A stretch of 64,000 nucleotides of DNA, from sequence record PP496444.1, one strand, 5' to 3'. Below the pieces are notes generated by a model, which searched no databases, was not told the origin of the DNA, and saw nothing but the letters and a program-made list of their open reading frames with translations. Shown piece by piece: positions 44,610-54,000 of this stretch (the stretch's first letter is position 1; every line of letters begins with the position of its first letter). The position numbers and the translations under genes are program-made.

Positions 44610-47600
44610 TTAGAATGCTGAATTGTTGACCATCATCACCATAATGTCATCGATGTTCTTGGCCGCTTTGGATGTACCGTTGCCAGAGTTGGTGCCGCCA
44701 CCACCAGACTGAATAACCTGTGGAGCTGGCTGCTCTTTAACCGCACTGGTGGTACGGTCCTGCGTTTGGATAAGCGCTGCCGTCTGTGCAGTCTGCAACT
44801 GGGTACGGCTCTCGTTGACGCTGCTTCGGGCCGACCCTACATCCTGCAGAGTTCCGTTGGCGGCATCGATGGACTTCAGAGCACCCTTTACTGGTGCGGG
44901 TGCTGCGTCTACCGGCTTGATCATCGACAAGCGTTGTGCGGGCTCGGTCAGCGTACCTTTGGTGACGGTAGTGTCCGGGGTAGCCGAGGAATCCGCAGGC
45001 TTGCTTTGAATGATCGGGACCGGGCTGGTGATACCCTTGGCCGACATCATGGACTGATTGGCAGCAGGCGTAGCCACGGTGTTGGCTGGCAACGGCGTGA
45101 TGCCTGGAATGAACGGTGGGGTCGGTGCCGCTGTACCTTTGGCGGGTACGTCGGTGGCCGGGCCAGGTTTGCCGATAGCCATTGGCGTTACTATCTTGCC
45201 GTTGGTATCCACCTTAGGCACGGTCATAGATGTGCTGATCGCCGCGTCCACTTTGTTCTTCATGTCCTTGCTGTACTTCTGGGTGTTCTCCGTGCCGTTC
45301 CATGCGTCGAGCATTTCGATGTCCGAGATCTGACCTTGGTAGCCTTCCTGACGGAATACAGCCTTGGCAATCGCCATCATGGTCTTCTGATCGTTCGGGT
45401 CCAGCTTCTGGTTAGGATCGATGCCCGTCTCTTTGGACACGGCAGTCACATATCCGCTGGTATCGTTCTCGTTCGGCGGGGTCAGCTTGTTGACCAGTTG
45501 CTTCAAGGTCATGCCTTCCGCACCTACGTGCTTACGAGCCAGCTTGAACCAAGCCCTTGCGCCGTGCACCACGGTGTCGAACTTCTCGAAACCACCTTCC
45601 TGACCGACTTCGCCTACCCACTGGTTCTTGTCGCTGGCCCGGATGTTACCGGGGTTGAAGTTCCGGGTTGCCAGTGTGGCTTGGCCTTTGAGCGGACCGG
45701 AACCACTGCCCTGATATGATACGCTCTGATCCAGTGTGCCCGGCTGCGGCAGAACAGGAATGGCTTGGCCTTTGATGTTCGGCGACGCACTGATATCCGT
45801 GGATGAGCTGGAGACCTTTTCTTCCTTCGAGTCGAACCACGTCATCGGGTTGATGCGCGTAGCTAGATCCTTGGCTTTGGAAACCAGATCCGCAATACGG
45901 TTCGGGTTGCTGAAGAAGTCAATTGCGGCACCGACTGCGGCACCCGCCGGGCCGAAGATGGCACCCTTGAGTCCGTTCTCCCCAAGATAGTTGTGGGCAG
46001 TGTCCAGCATCTCTGTACCGAGTTTGGTCACAGAGTCGAGTGTACCCGACGCCAGATCCTGCACCGACTTCCAACCTTTGGTGCCCCACGACTCAACGGT
46101 TTCCCAGCCTTTGTTCAAGCCGCCCATCATGTCTTGGGTGAAGCCTTCCATGTACTTCGATGCTTTGTCCAGGCCTGCGCTAACGGTGTCCGTGACGAAC
46201 TTCGAGGCTGGACCCAGTACATCAGTAATCTTGTCCAGTCCGGCATAGATGTCTTTGGTATCGATCAACCCGAAGGTCAATCCCGACGCAATGGACGACA
46301 GTGCAGCCTGTGACTTCTGACCGAACGTAGCATCTTGGCCGGGTTTCAATCCAGCGATATCCGAGGCATTGTTCCAACCGTCGAACCCATCGTATGCCGC
46401 CATTGCAGCGATGCCGATAGGACCTAGCAGTTTGCCTGCCCCGGAGATCAGCCCACGACCCGCACGTAACGCTACCTTACCCCCGGACTTCGCCAATCCA
46501 CCTGCACGGCTGGCGAGCTTGCCTGCACGGGTTGCTGGTCTTGGTCGAGCTGGTGGCGTTACATCCCCGGCAGTGGGACCAGATGGAGTGTGTGGCGTAG
46601 CGGGGTTGCGCGGACTCACCTCACCCGTGACAGTATCCAGAACAGCATCGGATTCCTCACTACGTGCACCTCGGCGCAAGCCTACCAGACCACCGATAGC
46701 CCCGGCACCCGCACCGACCAGCGCAGCCATCTTACCCACGCGTCCAGTAGCGAAGCGGCCAACACCTTTGGCAGCACGCCCCAGACGACTACCGCCACGG
46801 GCTGCACCTTCAGCTGTACCCGCAGCCCCTCTTTCGGCACCCCTACGTGCGGCCCGCCCTGTGAGGATAGCCGAGCCAGCAGCCCCAAGGCCACCCACGA
46901 TACCATCGGACAGACCCAATGCGGCGTCGAAGTTACCCAAGCCCAGAGCGTTGAGGATACCCGAGATGGCAGTGGACGCCGCGCCCTTACCAGCCGCAAC
47001 AATGCCTGGGTTACGGACGAAGCGGTCACTCAGTTTGTTCTTTTGCAGTCCGGTCTCTACGTCGCTGTGATCCAGCAACGACTCATCGAACTTCTCGTTC
47101 AACTCCTTCAGGTTGAATACGATCTTTTCGTCAGTGGTGTCGGCTTGAATGCGTTGCAGGATGTTCGAGACTTTCTTGCTGGTGTGTGCGTTCAGCTTGC
47201 CGTCTGCCCGGAACGCTTTCTGCATTGCCACCACTTGCGCGGCGAACTGCGGAATGGCAGACAGTTGCTTGATCACACCTTGCATCGCGTCCTTGCGTTC
47301 GTTCAGGTTGCCGGACTTCAATGTCTTGATGGCACCGGCCAAGTCAGCATCTACCGACTGGCGCTGGAATGCAACCTTCTCATATCCCTTGAGCATGGTT
47401 GCAATCTGGGCGTATTCCTTCTCCGAGATGTCGCTGTTGTGAGACAGCAGTTTCTCGATGTCTTTCAGCTGCGGGTTGTCTTTAAGCTGGCGGGACTGGC
47501 GCAGGAAACCCACGGTCTCACCGGCAATGGTGCTCCGGTAGTTCTTGCCCAGTCGGCGGTCCGTGATCCGGTCCGTCATCTGATTTACGACTTTGCTGCT

Positions 47601-48131
47601 ATCTACGTGCGCAATCGGAGCAACTGCTTTGAGGTCAGTTGCCACGGCTTTGGCAGATTCAACAACGGCGTGTGCCTGATCGGAGTCAACGGACTTCCGG
47701 TTCAACACATCTTCGTACAGCTTGCGCTCGGGACCGGAGCGGAACTTCTGCAGACGGTCCAATGCGTTCAGCTGGTTTTGAATGGTCTCTTGCAGGGACT
47801 CATCACCCTGCTTCTGAGCCTTCTTCATTTGCTTCATCAGTTCCAGCTGGGTCTTGCTGTAATCCAGCAGATCCGACTGGTTGCTCACCGAGTCCAGAAT
47901 GGTGGTCAACTGATCGTGCAGGCCTTTACCCATCAGGAAGGTGGGCACCATGGACTTCATAGCCCGCTTGAGCACATCCACGCCTTCAGTGAAAGCGTTG
48001 GAGGCCAATGCGTTTGACCTTTCCGCCATCCTGAGTTGCTTCTCCGCCATCTTGTCACGGTCAATGGAGGCCGGGTCAATGTTGTTACTTCTGAGGATGT
48101 CTAGATAGGATTCGTTGATTAGCGTCGGCAT
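44610..48131 (-). CDS. tape measure protein with C-terminal lysozyme-like domain
   Basis: 1173 aa helical, Gly/Ala-rich; RNFNPGNIR..F.KFDT..G.RA..PPNENDT.GY..IAKAVFRQEG. Confidence 0.8.
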   Translation of the reverse strand: MPTLINESYLDILRSNNIDPASIDRDKMAEKQLRMAERSNALASNAFTEGVDVLKRAMKSMVPTFLMGKGLHDQLTTILDSVSNQSDLLDYSKTQLELMKQMKKAQKQGDESLQETIQNQLNALDRLQKFRSGPERKLYEDVLNRKSVDSDQAHAVVESAKAVATDLKAVAPIAHVDSSKVVNQMTDRITDRRLGKNYRSTIAGETVGFLRQSRQLKDNPQLKDIEKLLSHNSDISEKEYAQIATMLKGYEKVAFQRQSVDADLAGAIKTLKSGNLNERKDAMQGVIKQLSAIPQFAAQVVAMQKAFRADGKLNAHTSKKVSNILQRIQADTTDEKIVFNLKELNEKFDESLLDHSDVETGLQKNKLSDRFVRNPGIVAAGKGAASTAISGILNALGLGNFDAALGLSDGIVGGLGAAGSAILTGRAARRGAERGAAGTAEGAARGGSRLGRAAKGVGRFATGRVGKMAALVGAGAGAIGGLVGLRRGARSEESDAVLDTVTGEVSPRNPATPHTPSGPTAGDVTPPARPRPATRAGKLASRAGGLAKSGGKVALRAGRGLISGAGKLLGPIGIAAMAAYDGFDGWNNASDIAGLKPGQDATFGQKSQAALSSIASGLTFGLIDTKDIYAGLDKITDVLGPASKFVTDTVSAGLDKASKYMEGFTQDMMGGLNKGWETVESWGTKGWKSVQDLASGTLDSVTKLGTEMLDTAHNYLGENGLKGAIFGPAGAAVGAAIDFFSNPNRIADLVSKAKDLATRINPMTWFDSKEEKVSSSSTDISASPNIKGQAIPVLPQPGTLDQSVSYQGSGSGPLKGQATLATRNFNPGNIRASDKNQWVGEVGQEGGFEKFDTVVHGARAWFKLARKHVGAEGMTLKQLVNKLTPPNENDTSGYVTAVSKETGIDPNQKLDPNDQKTMMAIAKAVFRQEGYQGQISDIEMLDAWNGTENTQKYSKDMKNKVDAAISTSMTVPKVDTNGKIVTPMAIGKPGPATDVPAKGTAAPTPPFIPGITPLPANTVATPAANQSMMSAKGITSPVPIIQSKPADSSATPDTTVTKGTLTEPAQRLSMIKPVDAAPAPVKGALKSIDAANGTLQDVGSARSSVNESRTQLQTAQTAALIQTQDRTTSAVKEQPAPQVIQSGGGGTNSGNGTSKAAKNIDDIMVMMVNNSAF

Positions 48132-48141
48132 GGCCTGTTAC

Positions 48142-48351
48142 CTATTTCCGCTGGAGCAAATTGGAGAGCATCTTCAACATGTTAGCGTTGCGGTCAGCCT
48201 CCTCTTTGAGGCGGATCGTTAACAGGTTGTTCAACTTCACCAGTCTGTCGTACGGCATGAATTGAATATGGAAGGCGTCAACTATTCCCTCTGCGGCCAA
48301 ATCGCAAGCCATTTTTAGAAGTTGGCGTGGCTCCACGAAAGGGTGTGACAA
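48142..48351 (-). CDS. small tail-assembly-chaperone C-terminal (T-like) ORF
   Basis: In the +1 frame, overlapping the end of 48278..49285, directly before the tape measure; LLKM.CDL..IQFMPYD.L..L. Confidence 0.6.
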   Translation of the reverse strand: MSHPFVEPRQLLKMACDLAAEGIVDAFHIQFMPYDRLVKLNNLLTIRLKEEADRNANMLKMLSNLLQRK

Positions 48352-49285
48352 GCATCGAGTCCTCCTTCACCTCGACACGAACATTTTTGATGACCCGTTC
48401 AATGTACTGAGGATAGAAGTTCTTCTGACCTTCTTCCTTTTCTGTTTCCATCTTGACCCAGTCTTGGTTGAGCGACTTTTCCTTGAGCGGAATGATCAGG
48501 TCGGAAATGCCATGGTAGAGCATGGTGTCGATGGCGGTCAGCATCATCATGCGTTCGCCCGTGGCGTCGGCCACCAGCTTCAACATGGGTTCCAGATCCT
48601 GATCACTGCCCAGAGCCAGCCAAGCGTGTGCCTGATTGATACCCTTTCGGACTTCTTCCGGGACGTTGAGGTAGGCCAGGTGCTGGCGCAGGGTGACCGG
48701 CATGAACTCGATGCTCTGCATACGACCACCAACCTCGGTGTCGAGGATGATCGGCAGCTCTACGGTCAGTTCGTCGAACGACAGCTCAGACGCACGCATG
48801 ACGTGATGGTGCTCGGCGTCGTCTACCACGAACGTCAGCTGTACTTCTTCCGTACCCATGGTGGCGAACTTGCGGTACATCGCGATACAGATGAAGTCAC
48901 CCATGGTCAGATCGAGTACATCAATCCCCGTGGCCGTGATGCCTTCGAGAATGTGCATGAACCGCTCGATCTCATTGAACCGCCCTTCGCTGACCGTTTC
49001 AATCTCGGCAAACGTGTAGGGGCGATAAGATACCGTGGTGCCCGCTGGGTAAGGCCGGAACTGACTCGGCAGTTCTTTCATCAGGAACCATGGCACGTCC
49101 ACTTCTTCAGTGGTGAGCTTCTGCGGAGGCAATGGTTCTGGTGCAGCCGCCATTCGCTTCGCCAAACTGACCGGGCCATCGTCATTGATCTCCTGATCAA
49201 CGTCACCCCAGTCCAGGCTTTCTTTCTTGGGGTCCGGCGTATCAGGTTGCCGCTGGTGCGGGGGTACGGGATTCTGGGTGAACAT
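48278..49285 (-). CDS. tail/baseplate assembly chaperone (gp26/gp51-like)
   Basis: LPSQFRPY..VSYRPYTF.E motif; upstream of the tape measure. Confidence 0.7.
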   Translation of the reverse strand: MFTQNPVPPHQRQPDTPDPKKESLDWGDVDQEINDDGPVSLAKRMAAAPEPLPPQKLTTEEVDVPWFLMKELPSQFRPYPAGTTVSYRPYTFAEIETVSEGRFNEIERFMHILEGITATGIDVLDLTMGDFICIAMYRKFATMGTEEVQLTFVVDDAEHHHVMRASELSFDELTVELPIILDTEVGGRMQSIEFMPVTLRQHLAYLNVPEEVRKGINQAHAWLALGSDQDLEPMLKLVADATGERMMMLTAIDTMLYHGISDLIIPLKEKSLNQDWVKMETEKEEGQKNFYPQYIERVIKNVRVEVKEDSMLVTPFRGATPTSKNGLRFGRRGNS

Positions 49286-49312
49286 TTTGGTTACCTCACT
49301 TATAGGTAGGGT

Positions 49313-50395
49313 TTAGCTGAAGAACTGACCGATGCTGCTCTTGGCCGACTTGTAACCGCTGGCTACTTTGTCTGCGCCGCTGTTGAACGCGTTGTTCGCG
49401 GACTGAGAGATTCCGCTGGTGGCACTGTCGAACTTGCTGGAGACGGAACCGAGGGCGCTGGTGTACGCATTGCTCACGTCGTTTTGCAGTGTGGTCAACC
49501 CGGTGGAGATGCGGTCGATGGCACTGTTCGCCGTGCTGCTAAGGCCTGCTGCGCTCTTGAGCAAGCTGGATGCGGCGCCGGATGGATCAAGGTCGTTGCG
49601 GGTAGCACCCGGCGATCCGATCACCTCAAGCTTGAGCACGTACTGGCTCAGGTCACCCTGCGACTTGCCGGAGAACGTCAGCGTACCAGAAGGAACTACC
49701 TTGTACGGGCGAATCTCCACGGTGTCCTTTTGCCGCGACATCTTCTTGATGTACAGCATCTTGTACGCATCACCCATGGGCACGATGCGACCACCGGCAC
49801 CGCCAATGTTCTGGTTCATCCACGTGGTGAAGTAGTTGAACAGGCTGTTGACATGATCGTCCAAGAACACAATCTGGATCGACATGGCATGCGTACCTTC
49901 CATGATGGTGATCGTGGTCGGCCCCATCTGGAAGTCACGGGTGGTCACATGCGCTGCGTCTTCCTCTAGGTCGATGACCGGGAGCCAAGACTGGAAGTAG
50001 GACGGCAGCGCATTGGCGTCGGCCAGCTTGATGTCCCACAGATGGTCCGTGTTCCATTCAACCTGTTGCAAGTCCAGCACGTTCTGCAAATAGCCGGAGT
50101 GGGCCGGGATAGGAGGTGACGCGTTGGCGTAGTTCCCCAGACTGCCTTGAAACAGTCCTAGACTTGTCAGCCCACTCTTGATGGCACCCAGCGACAGGGA
50201 GTTGTCACCTGTGATGCGGTACAGCTTGTCATTGATCTTCTGCTCGACGTAGCTGCCCACCCGACTCTGGATGGTGTTGCCGATGATGCCTGTTACCGCG
50301 CCAAGTGATCCACTCTTGCGATAGGTACTGATTGCCTCGATACCCGTAGTGAATGCCCCCAGCGCGCTATTGGTCTTCAAACTGAAAAGGCCCAT
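49313..50395 (-). CDS. tail tube-fold protein (gp19/gp54-like)
   Basis: IQIVFLDD..LFNYFTTWMN; ORF track start 50428 moved to ATG 50395 behind GAGGA. Confidence 0.6.
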   Translation of the reverse strand: MGLFSLKTNSALGAFTTGIEAISTYRKSGSLGAVTGIIGNTIQSRVGSYVEQKINDKLYRITGDNSLSLGAIKSGLTSLGLFQGSLGNYANASPPIPAHSGYLQNVLDLQQVEWNTDHLWDIKLADANALPSYFQSWLPVIDLEEDAAHVTTRDFQMGPTTITIMEGTHAMSIQIVFLDDHVNSLFNYFTTWMNQNIGGAGGRIVPMGDAYKMLYIKKMSRQKDTVEIRPYKVVPSGTLTFSGKSQGDLSQYVLKLEVIGSPGATRNDLDPSGAASSLLKSAAGLSSTANSAIDRISTGLTTLQNDVSNAYTSALGSVSSKFDSATSGISQSANNAFNSGADKVASGYKSAKSSIGQFFS

Positions 50396-50433
50396 ACCGA
50401 TATCCTCTTGTATGTAGCGGCGGCGCATACACG

Positions 50434-50440
50434 TAATTAG
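50434..50440 (-). promoter_or_regulatory. candidate phage promoter motif CTAATTA (also +4859-65, -11327-33, -42147-53)
   Basis: Same 7-mer upstream of four starts, twice right after a terminator. Confidence 0.4.
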
Positions 50441-50467
50441 CGTCAGGGCATAGTTGCCGCGCAGACG

Positions 50468-50504
50468 AAAAAAAGCCCGCGCAGCTGGTGGGCCGGGCGG
50501 GCTT
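50468..50504 (-). terminator. intrinsic terminator
   Basis: AAGCCCGC / GCGGGCTT hairpin plus T7 on the - strand. Confidence 0.8.
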
Positions 50505-50524
50505 GAGATGAATCAATGTAGCGT

Positions 50525-51016
50525 CTAGCGCTTGTTCAATAGTTGCATGATTGCCAGCAACCGATCCTTTGTTGTGGCTTCGCCTGATGCGATTGGGGGT
50601 GTTTCCGGGGTTTCCTCCACCGCTGATACGTCCAGCGGGGTGATCGTGTCGCCTGCGGCTTCCTGCGTCGGCTCCAGTGCATCGGCCACGGCCAGCGCAT
50701 CGACCCACGTTGAATCTTGCGGACCACGCACTACGTCACGGCCAGTCAGATCGACATTGGTGGCAACGATATGTTGATCGTCTTCCGCGTCCACGGCTCC
50801 ACCCTTCTTGACGGACAGCACTGAAATGATCTCCTTGACCAGCAGTACATCGTTCAGGTTGATTTGCTTGGGGTAGCGCTGCACACTCTTGCTTCGCATG
50901 TAGGACACGTAAGCGCGAGTGGTAGGTGCGTCCCATACACCAGGTTCATAATCATCGTGCAGCAGACCACGGCGTATGAACGCCCGCTGCACCTTGGCTA
51001 GCAAGGCGGTATCCAT
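50525..51016 (-). CDS. hypothetical protein, N-terminal peptidoglycan-binding-like region
   Basis: AKVQRAFIRRGL..PGVWDAPTTRAY loosely resembles PG_binding_1; SD AGGAG. Confidence 0.6.
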   Translation of the reverse strand: MDTALLAKVQRAFIRRGLLHDDYEPGVWDAPTTRAYVSYMRSKSVQRYPKQINLNDVLLVKEIISVLSVKKGGAVDAEDDQHIVATNVDLTGRDVVRGPQDSTWVDALAVADALEPTQEAAGDTITPLDVSAVEETPETPPIASGEATTKDRLLAIMQLLNKR

Positions 51017-51037
51017 TCAACAACTCCTCTTGGTAGG

Positions 51038-51067
51038 CAGGGTGGATGGGAATTCCCATCCACCCTG
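51038..51067. repeat. 30-bp perfect palindrome in an intergenic gap
   Basis: CAGGGTGGATGGGAATTCCCATCCACCCTG is its own reverse complement; no T tract on either side. Confidence 0.9.
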
Positions 51068-51076
51068 AATCACGTG

Positions 51077-54000
51077 TTACGCCACCTCACGCAGCTTCCA
51101 CTTGGTTTCGGCCTTGACGGCTTTCGCCAGTGCCCGACCGGCAGCAGCCTCGCTTACTTTGCCGAGGTCTGTATTGCCGTCCTGCGTTTCGAGCACGTAG
51201 CCATCCTTGGTCTTGACCAGTGCGATGAAGCGTGTGCCGGACTTGGTCTGGAAGCGACGTATCGTCTTGCCGGTTACTTCGGTGTTCACCTTGGCAGCGG
51301 GTGTACGCTTCTTCGTGCGCAGCGTCAGCGACTTGATCGTGTCCATGACCTCGTCGTAGTTGCCCACACTCACACCTGAACGCACGATGGCGTCCAGCTC
51401 TGCCTTGGCTTCCGCCTTGGAGTTCGACAGGATGAACCATTCGCTGTCCGAAGATTCCCACTTGACCGTAGGGACTATAACCTTGCGACGCACCTGAACA
51501 GCCGATGGTTGCTTGGTCATGTCTACCAAGATCCAGCATTCGCCTTCGTAGAACATCACGTATGGACGCAGTTCACCTTTCGGCACCGCGCGCTTGCGGT
51601 CCAGGTGGAAGTTGCGAACGTCGGTGTCGAGTGCAGCCTCGAAGTTCAGGAGTTTGCGCTTGCCTTGTGTGAACGCGGCCAGTGCGGATTCCAGATCCTT
51701 CAAATAGCGCGGCTGAATCTCGAAGTTCTCTTTCAGCTTGTCGATGACGTTGGACAACGCCCGGTAGGTAGGCACGATTGCGTAGATGAACTTCCCGGTT
51801 TCGCGGAAGCCCAACTGAGTCGCCATCTTATCCGTGACATCCGGGTCTTCGCGATCCAATGCCAGCTGGATCATGTTGTTCAACACACCTGGGTACACGA
51901 AGATCTCACCGTCAAGATCACGGTTACGTTCCACCACGGCTTTCTTGACCGGGGCATCCGGGATTGGAGCGGGCTCGTCTTCCGGTTCCTCGGCGTCATC
52001 ATCTGCTTCCGGTTCCTCTACCACTGGATCGGATTCAGGCGTCGTGTACTGCGTGGCGCGTTCCGGCATGCCCACCATCTCGGCCAGTCGCTGGCGTACG
52101 GGCACCTTGTTCGGCTTGAGGATCACGAACACCGCCAGCTTGTTCACTGAGACAGTGCCGATTTCCTTGATCTTCACCTTGAGGGTGTTTTTACCGGAGC
52201 TGACTACCTCACCATCCCCGTATTCGGTGTGCACCTGCAAACCTTTCATGTCGGCTTCATCAGCCGTCAAGTCATTGTCTGCCAGCCAGTCGGCCACCGG
52301 AATGATACCCAGTGCGTCTGTGAACGGCAGCTGCATGTTCGAGGTGTACGGCACCGTGATCAGCGCGGAGCCCGGCAGGTTACCCGCTGTCGGAATCTCC
52401 TTGGCTTTCGTTGGGCCGTCGTACGTCTTGAGGAAGTCGGCGTACTCATCCCGGCGGATCTTGGTGTACTGCCCGTAAGCATCTACATAGCTGAACAACG
52501 AACCCTGATCGTCTTCCGAACCGAACTTGTTGGCGTCCATGATCGAATCAAGAGTCATGCTGACCAGCGGCAGGTTAGGCAGCTTGTCGTAACGGGCGTC
52601 CGATGCCTGGAAGCGAACCATCGTCAAGAGCTTAGACATCATCCGTGCGGTCTTGGTCACGTCGATAGTGCCGTCGGCAATGATGCGGTCGAAGAAGATC
52701 TTGCTGCGTGCGCCGTACTTGTTCTTCGGGTCGGGGCGGTTGAGTCGCGACTGCCCTTGCTCGAATTCCCCCGGCGACCATACCGAGTCCGTCGAGATCA
52801 AGCGGTTGACGAACTGGAAGTTATGACCTGTGTTCAGGGACGTCTCTACCCCGATCAAGCCGATGATGCTTTCATCCTTCTCGAACTTCGGCAGCAGCTT
52901 GTCCTTGTCTGCGGCGTAGTACAGGATGACCTTCTTCTGGAGTTCCGGTGGAAGCGACGCGTGCAATGCCTGAGCCGATGCCACATACGCGCAGAAGATC
53001 AGCACTTTGCCGTTCGTCTTGTCGCGGCTGTGCTCGTCGAACAACCGGATGATCTCTTTGGCTTTCGGGCTGATACGATCGGTGCCCTGCAATACCTTGT
53101 CACCCACCTTGTCGTGCGCGGGTGCCGAGATGAACATTTCCAGTCGCTGCAAGTACGGACGCAGCAGCATCTCGATGTTGGCGACGTTTTCCTCGCCTTC
53201 ATCCGACGCTTTCAGTTTCTTCATCAGATCCGCGTCGGCCATGATGGCTTCAACGGCATCGTTCAGAATGTCCTGATACACGGCCATCTGTTTCTTCGAC
53301 AGCGACACCTTGTGGAACGTTTCGGTGGCCGCTGGCAACAATGCTGCCCACTCACGCCGTGAGACGCGCACGTAGTCCGCTGCACTGTTCATCTGGTTAC
53401 GCACGTCACGCTCGGCGTTGTTCTTCCAGCTGAGCGGCTTGCCTTGGAACGTCTCGGCAGCGTACCGCTCGATGAAGTCCTTCTTGGAACCGAACGTCGA
53501 TGGCGACATGATCGAGAACTGACCAGCCGCATCCGTCAGTTGCCCGTGCACGTAGGTACCTGTGGTCTGGCGGAGGTTGTCCGACAGGGTGGCCTGTGCC
53601 CGTACCGAGGAAGATCGTGCACTGTCCAAGTTGGCCAGATACTGCGATTCGTCCATGGACAAGTAGATCCACTCGAAGCGACGCATCAGCTCTGAGTTGT
53701 TCGACAGGATCAGATCGGTGTTGCCGTACTGAATGCTGTACTGCCCGTTCTTGGGGAAGTCGAAGTCACACAGAACCAACGTGTTGACCGGCGCGTTGTA
53801 GATCAAGTTGTACATGTAGTCGTGACCGTAACGGTTGATCACGTCTGTGGACAGCACGACCACGTTGACCGAACCTTGCGTCAAGTAGGTGATATCCTCG
53901 ATGTAGTTCTTGATCAGGTTCTTCGGGCACATCATCAGCGGACGCTTCTGCTGATTGCCTTTCAGATCGCCACGCTCGTAATACTGACCGAGAGTGAACA

